Below are positions 38,572 through 48,962 of a stretch of 64,000 bases of DNA, one piece after another. The DNA lies in NCBI GenBank assembly GCA_047947115.1, contig CP170459.1:1600001-1664000 (forward strand). Reading direction: 5' to 3'. The translations under genes and the position numbers were made by a program. How positions within the stretch are numbered: position 1 is the first letter of the stretch; every line of letters starts with the position of its first letter. This DNA comes from Verrucomicrobiota bacterium (lineage in GTDB: Bacteria; Verrucomicrobiota; Verrucomicrobiia; Limisphaerales; AAA164-E04). The notes under the pieces were generated by a model. It did not search any database, was not told the DNA's origin, and saw nothing but the letters and a program-made list of their open reading frames with translations.

Positions 38572-39887
38572 AATGGATTGTCGGCACTCTCATTCTGCTG
38601 CTGATCGGTTTTGTTCTTCAGCTCAGCTTGCTGGTTTATTCCATGTATGTATTGGGTGGGATTCTGTTTGTGACACGAACCTTGTCCGCCATTTGGATCA
38701 AAGGACTGCAATGCTCCCGACACATTCATCAGACGGAGGCGGAGATAGGGGACATCGTCAAAATATCCGTCAAACTGAAGAACATTCATCCCTTTAACAT
38801 TCCCTGGGTTTTGTTCGAAGAAGAAGGTCCGAAAGATGACCTTATCTGCACACCGGTCAAGCTTCAGCTTAAGGGACCGCGGCTGGGGATCGAACGTTTC
38901 AAATCCGGGGCGATCAAGTTTTGGACCTATGAAGCAACCATGAAGGCTCGCGGGTATTATGTTTTTGGTCCGGCGCAGGTGGAAACGGGGGATGTGTTCG
39001 GGTTGCATCGAAAGCACCGGACCTTTGGGAAGCGGGATGGGGTTTTGGTGTTGCCAAAGGTGTTGCCTATTTTGCGCAATCAGTGGGCTTCCAACCGTGC
39101 GTTGGGAGAAACCCGGATCACGCACCGATTGTTTGAAGACCCCGCGAGATTTTCAGGGATTCGTCCCTATCAGGCGGGTGATCCGTTGAACCGGATTCAT
39201 TGGCGTGCCACGGCGAGGGCAGGGGAATTGCAGACACGCATGTTTGATCCATCCTGTATCCAGGGAGCCACGCTGATGGTTGATTTCCATGCATCCTCTT
39301 TTGGGGGAGGGAAGGATCATGGGGAAGCCGAGTTGCTGGTGACCACGACGGCGTCGTTGGCACATGCATTTGATGAGGCTGGTGAGCAGATTGGTCTGGT
39401 GGCATTGGCCGGAAACAAGGCCGAGCGGATTCAGCAGGAGGACAGGGAGGCGTTGAAACGATTGTATCGGCCATGGTTTTCTTCACAACCTCGCGAGAAA
39501 CGGCAACTCGAGCAATCCATCATCGTACCCACCCGGAAAGGAGGGGGGCAGCTACAGGTCATCAAGGAAGCGCTTGCCAAAATGGAGTTCGCCGGTGACG
39601 CGCTGTTTGATGAATGGATCATTGAATACAAAAACTGGCTGCCCCGGGATGCATCGGTCATTGTGCTGGCTCACGAACTGACTTCCGCTTTGATTCAAGG
39701 GATCGTGACACTCAAGGCATCCGGTTATCGGGTTTCCATGGTGCAGGTCAATTGGCAGAGTGAACTCAAACCCGACTGGGCTGCTCCATCTGAAGAACGT
39801 GCGGAGTTGGCTGCCACCGGGGTTCCGTGTTTCCATGTCAGGCAGGAGGAAGACATCGCCTGGCTTGGGAGTGATTTGTTGATTTAG
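38568..39887 (+). CDS. DUF58-family protein
   Basis: GIRPYQAGDPLNRIHWRATAR; ATGA-coupled to MoxR. Confidence 0.88.
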   Translation: MKWIVGTLILLLIGFVLQLSLLVYSMYVLGGILFVTRTLSAIWIKGLQCSRHIHQTEAEIGDIVKISVKLKNIHPFNIPWVLFEEEGPKDDLICTPVKLQLKGPRLGIERFKSGAIKFWTYEATMKARGYYVFGPAQVETGDVFGLHRKHRTFGKRDGVLVLPKVLPILRNQWASNRALGETRITHRLFEDPARFSGIRPYQAGDPLNRIHWRATARAGELQTRMFDPSCIQGATLMVDFHASSFGGGKDHGEAELLVTTTASLAHAFDEAGEQIGLVALAGNKAERIQQEDREALKRLYRPWFSSQPREKRQLEQSIIVPTRKGGGQLQVIKEALAKMEFAGDALFDEWIIEYKNWLPRDASVIVLAHELTSALIQGIVTLKASGYRVSMVQVNWQSELKPDWAAPSEERAELAATGVPCFHVRQEEDIAWLGSDLLI

Positions 39888-40250
39888 ATCCTGTGAGCAA
39901 TAAAAAGTCCGAAGCAAGATTCTCTCATGTTGATAACGACGCTACTGGAATTGTTGACCAGTGGAGAATGCGGATCCCCCTATTCGTTTTCTCGCAAAGG
40001 CGCAAAGGGCGCAGAGTTTTTTAGACAACGGAGGGATGATTCCGCATGCGGGGCTCACCTCCAAATTTCCCCCTCGAAAACGTCTCGGGGCATATGAGAT
40101 GGAACGCGGGGGGCTGAGGTTAATCGAAGGACTGTGGCGATTCCATTGCAGCGTAAAAATGGTTCCATAGTTCTGAGGAATGAAGTGGGTGTAAGGCGGC
40201 GCTTACCCCTCCGGTCGTGGGGATGTATTTTGGCCTGTGCCTGATGCGGA

Positions 40251-41003
40251 TCAGGGGAGGAGAATCTCTTTTCGGAGGCGTGCGAGTTTGGCTTCGGGCA
40301 ATCTTGTGTCTCTGCTTCCGGGGGATGGGTTTTCTGTTGCCACATGGCCGTCGCAAAATGCGACCACTGCTCGTTCATCATGCCGAAAATGTCCGTTTGC
40401 GTAGGCGCCCGGGCCATCGTTGATATAGTAGAATTCTTCGACCATCGGATGATCCGGTGAAGCGGGTGCTTGAAAGTCGTTGATTTGGGCGGCATCGGCA
40501 AACAGGGAAGTTCCGGAAGGATTGGATAATTGCGGAATGATCATCCCTCCTTGTTTGCTGCTGGGAGATGGAGTTCCATTCACGGCGAGATGAAGGTTGT
40601 AGCCGTAACCGAAAGAAGCTCCCAGTGCTTTGGGTTTGTAAAGTGGATCATGGAATCGAAAGGACGGGCAGATACCTACACCCTTGCCGCCCAGGTAAGG
40701 CCAGAGAACCCCTTTGCTATGGTCGATCTTGCGCTCCCCTTCCGGACCTTTCCCAAGCCATCCAAACCAGTAGATCATGCCATTGTCGATGGATTGCCCT
40801 GAATAAGACCAGGCTCGCTGATCCTGATCGTTCCAATACATTTGTCCCGCCAGTCCCAGTTGTTTTTGATTGGAAGTGCACTGGATCTGACGGGCTCGTG
40901 CTTTGGCGGATGCGAGTGCCGCAGTGAGCAGGGACGCAAGGATGCCGATGATGGCGATCACCACCATCAGCTCGATCAGCGTGAATCCCTGTCGTTTGCT
41001 CAT
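40251..41003 (-). CDS. Type IV pilin-like protein (prepilin N-methylation motif plus H-X9-DG domain)
   Basis: [16 protein letters not shown]-terminal [14 protein letters not shown]; 4-bp overlap with the upstream gene. Confidence 0.9.
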   Translation of the reverse strand: MSKRQGFTLIELMVVIAIIGILASLLTAALASAKARARQIQCTSNQKQLGLAGQMYWNDQDQRAWSYSGQSIDNGMIYWFGWLGKGPEGERKIDHSKGVLWPYLGGKGVGICPSFRFHDPLYKPKALGASFGYGYNLHLAVNGTPSPSSKQGGMIIPQLSNPSGTSLFADAAQINDFQAPASPDHPMVEEFYYINDGPGAYANGHFRHDERAVVAFCDGHVATENPSPGSRDTRLPEAKLARLRKEILLP

Positions 41004-42742
41004 GGTTTCGGATGGCTTCGGACGCGATAGAATCCGGCGGTTTGCTCTGGGCCCAGGTCCTTGATCGACAGGGCACCATTCGCATCAGGTGAAGCGTAGC
41101 CTCGCGTTTCCCAGTCAGTGAAATTGTCGGTGCTTTCCAGCCAGTATTCCCATCCTGCGCGTGCCTGAGTCTTGATCCTGATGGATAATTCATCCCGCTC
41201 GATGCCTTCAATGTGGAGGGCGGTATGACGTTGAATGGACACGTTGTCCACCCAACCGTTGGCCAGGATGGAGCCATCCCATTCCGGTGATGGTTGTTGA
41301 GCATCGCTGTAATTGATCAGGGCAAAGGCATCCACATTGATTTCGGTGAAACCTCCCGCCGGACCTCCGAAGACGGTTCCCAGGTTTGCGTCTTTGATGG
41401 GGCCGAAGGGGGATCCGTCTTCGGTCATGGTTGTTCGCAGGGTTTGATCAGCGGCGGTGTAGTTTAGTTCCACTTCGTAGACGGATCCGGTTTGCAGTTC
41501 CAGTGGAAAGGTGTTTTCCACCGACCACTGATTGTCCTGGGAAATGAGGCCGGAGGAAATGGTGGCCCCAAATCCGGAATCCGGATGATAGCTCCATTCC
41601 ACCAATCCTCGAGGTCCATAATCAGCGTGAATACCCGACCCCCGGTAGAATTTGTCCCGGAAGGCTTCCCTGGTTTGGATCAGGCCGATGGCCAGGGGAA
41701 AGGTGAAACTCTTTTCAGGATCAATGCCCAGTTCGATGTGGTCGAGTAGAAGTGTGAAAGAGACACTGAAATCCTCATGGCGGGTAATCCTGGAGCCAAA
41801 CGGGAGGTAAAAGTAACTGTTGGGCTTTCGCGAATCCCAGGTGACTGAGAGTCGTTCATGCTCTGAATCCCAAGCAAACAAACTGGAATCACCGAAGGCG
41901 CGCCAGCCGGATGGCTCCGTGGGGTTTGTTGAAAAATCTTCTTCGTGATGGTTTGAATAGCTGGTTGCAGCGGGGCCCACAATGGAAGCGGCGTCCAGTT
42001 CGATTTTTCCGGAGGTGACTTCGATTTTTACATATCTTGCGGCAAAGTCTTCCGGGCTGCCCATGGCCCAGTCAAGATCGAAACCCGTTCCCCCTCCGGA
42101 GCCTTGGTAGAGGTCGCGGATGGCATTGTGTCCTGCCTGATCGAAATCAGCCCGCCCCAACATCGGATTGACCGGAATATGGAAATGACCGGATCCATCC
42201 GTAGGAAAATAGGCATCCAATTTGGGTGTTTTTACAGAATTCAATGAATAGAATACCACGTTGTCCTCACTCACACTGATGGACACTTCCGCCGTATCGT
42301 TTCCGAATAGGGAACCATCGGTGATCCCTCCACCTGAGTAATCGCCATTAATGATGTTGAAGCCGGTATGGCCAAACAGGATGAAATCCAGGCCGTAAGG
42401 ATTGTCGGGATGATTAAAAATTGGCGTGTCGAACGAAAGGATCACAGAACCTCCTTCACCGACTGAAAGCAATTGTTCGGAGAGGTAAGGCGGTGAAAAT
42501 GGATCAACAGGGCCCCCGAACGGTCCAGGAGTGATGCGTGATGGTTCACCCAGCACGGCCAGCGTGTTGGTGTAGCCTAAGCCGGAACCGAACTCCACGG
42601 CAAATCCAGTTCCGGGGGTGTATGCAATCACTTCTGTAGCATAAGAGGAGGCATTGGAACGGGTGAATGAACTGAGCGAACCCAAAGTGAACAAAAGTAA
42701 AATGAGAGACTTTGAATTGATGGGGATGTGATGATGTTTCAT
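41000..42742 (-). CDS. Secreted or surface protein, putative cobalamin-binding, with C-terminal FYRV module
   Basis: Start at MKHHH (42742), downstream of the riboswitch terminator; signal peptide; motifs [24 protein letters not shown] and GFDLDWA..YVKI recall Bacteroides B12-locus surface proteins (BtuH-like) from memory only. Confidence 0.65.
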   Translation of the reverse strand: MKHHHIPINSKSLILLLFTLGSLSSFTRSNASSYATEVIAYTPGTGFAVEFGSGLGYTNTLAVLGEPSRITPGPFGGPVDPFSPPYLSEQLLSVGEGGSVILSFDTPIFNHPDNPYGLDFILFGHTGFNIINGDYSGGGITDGSLFGNDTAEVSISVSEDNVVFYSLNSVKTPKLDAYFPTDGSGHFHIPVNPMLGRADFDQAGHNAIRDLYQGSGGGTGFDLDWAMGSPEDFAARYVKIEVTSGKIELDAASIVGPAATSYSNHHEEDFSTNPTEPSGWRAFGDSSLFAWDSEHERLSVTWDSRKPNSYFYLPFGSRITRHEDFSVSFTLLLDHIELGIDPEKSFTFPLAIGLIQTREAFRDKFYRGSGIHADYGPRGLVEWSYHPDSGFGATISSGLISQDNQWSVENTFPLELQTGSVYEVELNYTAADQTLRTTMTEDGSPFGPIKDANLGTVFGGPAGGFTEINVDAFALINYSDAQQPSPEWDGSILANGWVDNVSIQRHTALHIEGIERDELSIRIKTQARAGWEYWLESTDNFTDWETRGYASPDANGALSIKDLGPEQTAGFYRVRSHPKP

Positions 42743-42813
42743 GGATACTGGTCTTTCTAATGATTCCTGAACGGAATGGATTTGGGCTGTTGAAGACCAG
42801 GTGGAGGGGACAC

Positions 42814-42853
42814 AAAAAAAACCTTCAGTCCCACCACTTAGAGAATGAAGGTT
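42814..42853 (-). terminator. Riboswitch attenuator (intrinsic terminator)
   Basis: Minus strand AACCTTCA...TGAAGGTT followed by a T-run, between the aptamer and the start codon. Confidence 0.75.
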
Positions 42854-42955
42854 GTCGAAAGGCAACACGAACGCTACCCGAACACGCACTCGCGAGTCGG
42901 CTGGTCTCATCCTTCTCATTGACGGAGAAGCGGGCCCTATGGGGCCCAGACGAGA

Positions 42956-43100
42956 GCGAAACAACCGGTATCCTGACTTAGAGTTCCAAACCTTGTTTCC
43001 GCCTTCCCAGCATGTTGCCAGTGGCCTATTGGAAACTTGTCACTCCTCACAGTGGCGCAACCGTCCCCGACTTGCACGGGGTTCCCTGCCATTGATTCGC
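42956..43100 (-). promoter_or_regulatory. Cobalamin (B12) riboswitch
   Basis: Minus strand AGGGAA-CCCCG-TGCAAGT-CGGGG-ACGGTTGCGCCACTGTGA...GCCACTG...GGGAAGGC...AAGTCAGGATACCGG (B12 box). Confidence 0.93.
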
Positions 43101-43509
43101 TTTCTATGACCCGGCCACGACGACCGGGGATATGTATCAAAGAACGTGGTCGCATAGTAGGATGGGTGGCGCTGGTGTCAAGTTATCCTGTTCACCACTT
43201 GCCTCAGCATCGACAACACCGCTTTATTATGGCACTTGTTGCCATGCTTGCAGGCTTCAGAAGCAAGGCAAATTTTATGCTCCACTTCAGACATATCCCT
43301 TTTCACAAACCAATCTGTTAAAATCGAGCGGTTCAGCCTTAAACGGGTTGGTTTTGAAGTTTATACTGATTGCTAAAAGTATTTGTGCATAAAGGGCTCG
43401 CTGATGCTTCTTATCCTCACGCCCTCCCGCATTCGCGGGATAGGGACGCAGTGATGCAGAGTTTTTCTGAAATTAATTTTGGCAAACGTTATATTTGTGT
43501 CGGTGAAAT

Positions 43510-43541
43510 AAAAAAGCCCGCTGCGTAAACAGCGGGCTTTT
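43510..43541 (-). terminator. Intrinsic terminator
   Basis: AAAAGCCCGCTG-loop-CAGCGGGCTTTT downstream of the pilin-like gene. Confidence 0.85.
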
Positions 43542-43568
43542 GGAAAATGATTATGGGTCAAGTCGAGC

Positions 43569-44456
43569 TTAGAACTGGCTACGAATCCACTGCTCGGTAA
43601 TGTTGTCCTTACGTTGCGTGCGAAGCGACCACCAAAGAGCATCAGCATCCGCTTTGCAGTAGGCACGAATTGCGCCAAGACTTCCTGTGCCGGCGGGTGT
43701 GATGACGAAAGGAGCCGTTGAAAGGCCGCCTGTCCAGCGGTGGACTTCGGAATGTCCGTCTGCGAAGGCGATACCGGCAGCACCGTTGTGATAGTTGGCG
43801 GGCACGTCGACCCAGCCGTTGCCACCTGGTTCGTAGGTGAAATTACCCACATCGTTGATGCTGTCAGGATGCTCGTCCATGTAAACCCAGGTTTCGGAAG
43901 GACCAGGGCTGGTCAGTCCGGAAGTTTTGGCAGTGAACCGTGGAAATGCCGCGGTATCCCAAGCGTTGGAATCGTCACCGATACGAATGTTTCCAGAGAT
44001 GCTACGTACCCGCTCTGTATATCCTGCGCGGCGTTGGGCTGCACTCAGGAAGTGATCCGAAGGGCACTTGAAGATGTTCTTAGCGCCGGAGAAGTAAGAA
44101 GCCAGTTTGGAGTATCTTGGATCCAACAGGTACTGGACGTTGGTGTTGGCTTCGTAAACGGTCCAGGTCATCGAGCCGGTCACCCAAGAGCCCTGATTGA
44201 TCTCCGATCCACCACCGTGTCTGGTTTTAGGAAAGCTTTCATCATTGTCACCTGTATACATGTGACAGGCGAGCATGAGCTGCTTGGTGTTGTTCATGCA
44301 GAGAATGCCCTTGGCCTTGTCTTTGGCTTTGCTGAGAGCCGGAAGGAGCATGCCTGCGAGAATCGCGATAATGGCAATAACAACGAGCAGCTCGATCAGT
44401 GTAAATCCACTTCGAACCGTCTTGCCCCGGTTTGCTTGTGTGTACGCTAGTTTCAT
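43569..44456 (-). CDS. Type IV pilin-like protein (prepilin plus H-X9-DG)
   Basis: [49 protein letters not shown]. Confidence 0.92.
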   Translation of the reverse strand: MKLAYTQANRGKTVRSGFTLIELLVVIAIIAILAGMLLPALSKAKDKAKGILCMNNTKQLMLACHMYTGDNDESFPKTRHGGGSEINQGSWVTGSMTWTVYEANTNVQYLLDPRYSKLASYFSGAKNIFKCPSDHFLSAAQRRAGYTERVRSISGNIRIGDDSNAWDTAAFPRFTAKTSGLTSPGPSETWVYMDEHPDSINDVGNFTYEPGGNGWVDVPANYHNGAAGIAFADGHSEVHRWTGGLSTAPFVITPAGTGSLGAIRAYCKADADALWWSLRTQRKDNITEQWIRSQF

Positions 44457-44581
44457 ATCGTTTGTTTTTAATTGAAAACAGTCCTTTACGGGTTCGGCCG
44501 GTTTTTATACCGAAAGCCCATTCAGGTGGCAAGTATCTAATTTGAGTAGCAGGTATTTAAAAAATGGGGCGGGGTAAGTTG

Positions 44582-45598
44582 TCAGATTGATGGTTTTCGC
44601 GCCACAATCCACATGTGTGAGGATAGAAGGTTCTCAGCCAGAAAGTTCTGGAATTTTTCTCCCAGCTGTTCCCACTCATCAATCAACACCTTTTTCAGAA
44701 ACGGATGGCTCTCCAGACTGAATTTTCCTGCCATCGTTTTTTTTCTGACAATGTCCGCATCCAGTCGTCCAGGTGTGAGTAACTCAATCACTTCCAGATT
44801 GTTGGATTCGAAAAGAAGTTTCAGGGATTTCGGGTTGAAGAGGTTCAGGTGCTCCGGTGTGACTGTGTCGGCAACGGTGCGCAACAGGCTGACGTCAAAG
44901 CCCTTGGCACTTGGGTACGTCACTACAAGCATGCCGCCCGGGGCCAGGAGTCGAATACAATGTTCCAGGTAGGTTTTCGGAGAAAAAAGGTGCTCCAATA
45001 CCTCAAATGACACGATGAGCTGAGCGTTCCCTTTGTCGGCTGGGACGGTTTCAATCGGCTGTCTCAGCACTTCCAGACCGCGCTTTTCGCAGCTGTCAGC
45101 CGATGACGGGGTCGGTTCGATGGCCACGATTTCCTCAAAGGAGCCGGATTGTTTCATCATTTCGCAGAACTGCCCGGTTCCTGCGCCTACCTCGATCATG
45201 CGCCGTTTTGGAATGCCATGTTGTTCCACAAAACCAAGGATACGTTCCACGCGCGGTTTCACAATTCGCTCACGACGCGCTTCTTCCGATGAGGGGTAAA
45301 TATATTTGTTCCAATAAGCGTAATAAGTCGCCTCCCGGTAATATTGTGCCAATCTTTCCGGCTTGGGACGTGGTGATCCGTAGACAGTTTCGCATTGATG
45401 ACATTCCAGAAAGGTCATACCTCGTTTGGTGCCATAAGAACTGGCCTCCACATGACCGCATGCAGGACATGTCACTGAGACAAACTCATCCTTGTCTTGC
45501 ATCAATCGTCGGGTGTCTTCCTCCAGTAGTTCGAAGGATCGGGCCATCAGATGATCGGGGCGGATGGCGTTTTCGTTCAGGGTGGATGATTTGGTCAT
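44582..45598 (-). CDS. Class I SAM methyltransferase with N-terminal zinc ribbon
   Basis: CPAC...CHQC; EVGAGTG; FEVLEHL. Confidence 0.85.
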   Translation of the reverse strand: MTKSSTLNENAIRPDHLMARSFELLEEDTRRLMQDKDEFVSVTCPACGHVEASSYGTKRGMTFLECHQCETVYGSPRPKPERLAQYYREATYYAYWNKYIYPSSEEARRERIVKPRVERILGFVEQHGIPKRRMIEVGAGTGQFCEMMKQSGSFEEIVAIEPTPSSADSCEKRGLEVLRQPIETVPADKGNAQLIVSFEVLEHLFSPKTYLEHCIRLLAPGGMLVVTYPSAKGFDVSLLRTVADTVTPEHLNLFNPKSLKLLFESNNLEVIELLTPGRLDADIVRKKTMAGKFSLESHPFLKKVLIDEWEQLGEKFQNFLAENLLSSHMWIVARKPSI

Positions 45599-45606
45599 GG
45601 CGTATT

Positions 45607-46887
45607 TCAGGCAATCCTTAATGTTCTTTCGGCGGACCCGCAGCGGTTTCCCAGATCATTTCGGCAACCTGTGGAACGGCCTGGGTTTTTATATTTTTCA
45701 TGCAAAGATTCAGGCAGGTGCACCGGGCCATATGCTGACCGGTTGCCCCAGATATTTTCTTTGACCCACTGACCATCTTCAATGGCCCAAACTCGAGGAT
45801 CTCGAAAAGTGTCGGCCGTCTGGTCGAATTCCGATTCATCCATCCCCACGTAGTTCAACCAGCGATCAAGGTCTTTGCGGGGTTTGACATGATCATATTT
45901 CCGCACCATTTCGATGCCTTCATCCCGTGTCAAAGCACCTTCACGAATGTCGTGACACGAATGATCGGATCCCCTGCCATAGCCAAATTTGATGAACTTA
46001 AGATAATCATGGATGCCGATATCGTGCATGTCATCCAGACTTGAAAAGCGGCGGTAGGTCCGTTCGAGCGGGTCCTTGCACGGGGTCCAGCCGTATTCGT
46101 TCATGACGAGTTTGACGTGCGAGTTGGAGTCCCACCTGACAAAGTTGCTGGTATAGATGCCGCGAACCCCGACGTCGTCCAAGTCCTCATCGCCGGGGTA
46201 TTGCGCCCATTTGAGGTCTTTGGCGGTCAGGCCTTCTTTGAGTTCCGGCTTTCCGAGTCGTTCCAGCCCTTCATCGGTGAAATCATGCCAGTCATAACCT
46301 CTCATGGCGTGTTCCAGTCGGAACTTGGCGGTGAATTCGATGAAGTCATTGTAGGAATACATGCCCGCCAGATCCATGTAACCCTGCTCACCCCACAGGA
46401 TCAGGGGAATGTTGTAACGCACAGCAATCTGGATGGGGACCGTGAAGATGCCGCAGTGACTGTGCCAGTTCATGTCCCCCTGCAAACGAAATCCAAGTCG
46501 GTTCATTTTCACCAACATGTCTCGATCCGGACGCAGGATCAGGTGGTCGCATTTGAACACATCCCTCATACGTTGCAGGTTTTGTTCTCCTTCCGGCATG
46601 AAATTATTGGCATGATAGGTGACCAGCAGGGGTTTGAGACCCAACACTTTTGTTGCCAGATGGACCTGAAAGTAACTGTCCTTTCCACCGCTTACCGGAA
46701 TAAGGATGTCATAGTCCTCGTCCGATCCGTATTCATGAAGGATGCGGCGGAACATGGTCATCCGTTCGTCCCAATTGATGGTGGATCTTTGGTCAGAGAC
46801 CCTGCAGCCGGAACAGACGCCATGGTCGTCAAATGCGAGAGGCATGGCAGATGCGGATGGATAAACGCAGCGTGTACAATATTTCAT
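45607..46887 (-). CDS. N-acetyl sugar amidotransferase (WbuX/WbpG/PseA-like)
   Basis: CTRC...CSGC, PP-loop SGGKDS, ILWGE, KFGYGR. Confidence 0.9.
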   Translation of the reverse strand: MKYCTRCVYPSASAMPLAFDDHGVCSGCRVSDQRSTINWDERMTMFRRILHEYGSDEDYDILIPVSGGKDSYFQVHLATKVLGLKPLLVTYHANNFMPEGEQNLQRMRDVFKCDHLILRPDRDMLVKMNRLGFRLQGDMNWHSHCGIFTVPIQIAVRYNIPLILWGEQGYMDLAGMYSYNDFIEFTAKFRLEHAMRGYDWHDFTDEGLERLGKPELKEGLTAKDLKWAQYPGDEDLDDVGVRGIYTSNFVRWDSNSHVKLVMNEYGWTPCKDPLERTYRRFSSLDDMHDIGIHDYLKFIKFGYGRGSDHSCHDIREGALTRDEGIEMVRKYDHVKPRKDLDRWLNYVGMDESEFDQTADTFRDPRVWAIEDGQWVKENIWGNRSAYGPVHLPESLHEKYKNPGRSTGCRNDLGNRCGSAERTLRIA

Positions 46888-47570
46888 GCTAATATGGTTT
46901 CTTGTTTAAAATCGATGGGTGATGACTGCCTTTTCGGTCGTGCCTGGCGTCGTCGTTTAGGTCTGGAATCTGTTGAAAAAGGCAGACGAACGTTGATGCC
47001 TGCCTCATGGAGTGCGCGTTTTCCCTGGCGATCGCTGAGTTCCTTGAAGTGCCAGATGTTGGCCGCCGCAACCGCCGAGGCTCCAGCGCGTATGCCAGCC
47101 GCATAATCCGTGAATTGCCCGACGCCGCTGCAGGCGATCACAGGAATGTTGACAGCTCGGGTCACTTTTTGGATCAGGTCCGTATCGTACCCCAGTCCTA
47201 TGCCGTCTCGTTCAATGCGCTGAAGGAGGATTTCTCCCACGCCCAGTTTTTCGGCATTTTGAGCCCATTGGACAGGATCCAAGCCGGTCGGTTCCCGGCC
47301 GCAGGCGATGCAGACTTGTTCACTTCCATTCACACATTTCACATCCATACCCAGCACCACTGCCTGGCGTCCGAACACCGAGGCCGCCTTTTCAAGTATG
47401 GAGGGAGTCCGGACTGCCTGTGTGTTGACGATTACCTTGTCCGCTCCCCTGAGGAATCGTTCCCGCATGTCCTGGATCGATCTGATGCGACCTCCGCAAG
47501 TCAGCGGCATGAAGCATTTGAGCGAAAGGTTTTCCAGGATATCGAGGAAGTTCGTTGAGTTGTGGTGCTT
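46884..47570 (-). pseudogene. HisF-like (WbuZ-type) cyclase, 5'-truncated
   Basis: FMPLTCGG, GADKVIVNT, GVGEILL...DG.G.GYD, PVIACSG; the HisF N-terminal strands are absent and the ORF's first about 40 codons are antisense to the opposite gene. Confidence 0.7.
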
Positions 47571-48824
47571 CACCTCACCTGCGAGTTTGATCAACATCAG
47601 TTTATTGAAGCGCTTCAGACTTTGCCGGATTCCATGGGGCCCGTGCGGGTGTGTTTGTATTGGCGCGATGTGCAGTTGAAACGCCACTTAAAATATCTCC
47701 AAGCTGGCTTCGAATGTGTGACTGCGGGTCATATGTTTGATCCGGATTTTTGTTTTCGAATATTGAAAATTTTTTCCCAATCGAAGTTTGCGATCACCAA
47801 CAAGATGGGTAGTTCGGCTTTGTTGGCTGCCAGCCTGGGGTTGGAAGTGGCTTATATCGACCAGACGACTCGGATTCGTGGCACCAATGAGAAATTCGAG
47901 GGAGAGGCGGCACCCACCGTTGATCAACCCAGCGCGATGGCATTGTTTGAATCCATGAAGATTCCTCTGGGGCATTCCCGGCCGAATCAACGGAATTGGG
48001 GCGATATTGCCACGGGACGCGCATTTGTGCGATCTCCAGAGCAACTGAGGGAAATGATGGTGGAGCACGCTATATCCATGATCGAAAAACCGGCAATCAA
48101 ACCTTCGCTGCGTACGTGGGATCAGGAAATGGGACGGATCAAACAGGCTGCCAATACCAGTCTGCATCGGACCGACGGCACCCTGTTACCTGATGGAAAT
48201 GTGTTTCATTTCATGAACCAACATCGCCTGTTGGAAGACCATGAAATCTGGGGGATCGAGGGACTTTGTCCCACCTTCAATGCTGATGACGCACCGGTGA
48301 TTGTGGACTGCGGATCGGACACCGGCTATACCATTATTCGCATGGCTCAGGCCTGGCCCAAGGCGCAGATATACGGATTTGAGGCCAACCCTCTCAAAAC
48401 AAAAATGCTTTATCGGAATCTGGATGCCATGGGGCTGCGTCATGTTTCCGTTGGAGGGAAGGCGGTATGGATTGAATTCGGCAAGGTTGCCTTTGAAACC
48501 AGTGAACCTGGTTTGGATTCCCAGGTATGCCAAATCGGTTGTATCCGACTGAAAGATTTTCTGCAGCAGACCAGCGTGGGATTGCTGCGTTTGAACATTG
48601 CCAACGCAATTTTACCGGTGGTTCAGGATTGCGGAGAAGTGTTGAGGCAAGCGCGTCACATAGTGCTGAACTATCCCAGTGAGTCATCGAACCGGGATGA
48701 GTTGATTGCCCTCATGGCTGAACTCTCCGCTCTAGGATATCAATTGCAGATCAAACAGGCCCGGCCTCTGGACGGTTCGGAATCAAATCTTCGTATTGTT
48801 ATGACTGCAACAATACTTCGGTGA
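47562..48824 (+). pseudogene. Glycan-modification protein with FkbM-like methyltransferase domain, probably 5'-truncated
   Basis: Begins at ...HLTCEFD..PVRVCLYWRD..CVTAGH with no room for a promoter or RBS; C-terminal IVDCGSDTG...FEANP is FkbM-like. Confidence 0.55.
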
Positions 48825-48962
48825 GATGGATTGATGAAAAAAAGGACCCATCGATTGCGTCTGGCGGGCGGGGTGTTTGCTTGCCAGCCGGGAGCCTTCC
48901 TCAAGCGGAAGCAGTTGAATGCAAAGCCATCCATCACGGATGCTGAGCCGAATCGTTGTGGC

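Noticed and set aside
39991..40016. Short CGCAAAG-like triple repeat
   Set aside because: Too short, and seen only once in the window, to call as an element.
42743..42964. N-terminal 74 codons of ORF 41000-42964
   Set aside because: They overlap the riboswitch expression platform and terminator; the signal peptide starts at 42742.
43229..43246. Sigma54 promoter (TGGCAC...TTGC)
   Set aside because: GG-to-GC spacing is 8 nt instead of 10; it is better read as a short palindrome ATGGCA-N5-TGCCAT.
44460..44560. c-di-GMP or other riboswitch upstream of the second pilin-like gene
   Set aside because: Only a weak hairpin is present, with no recognisable aptamer consensus.
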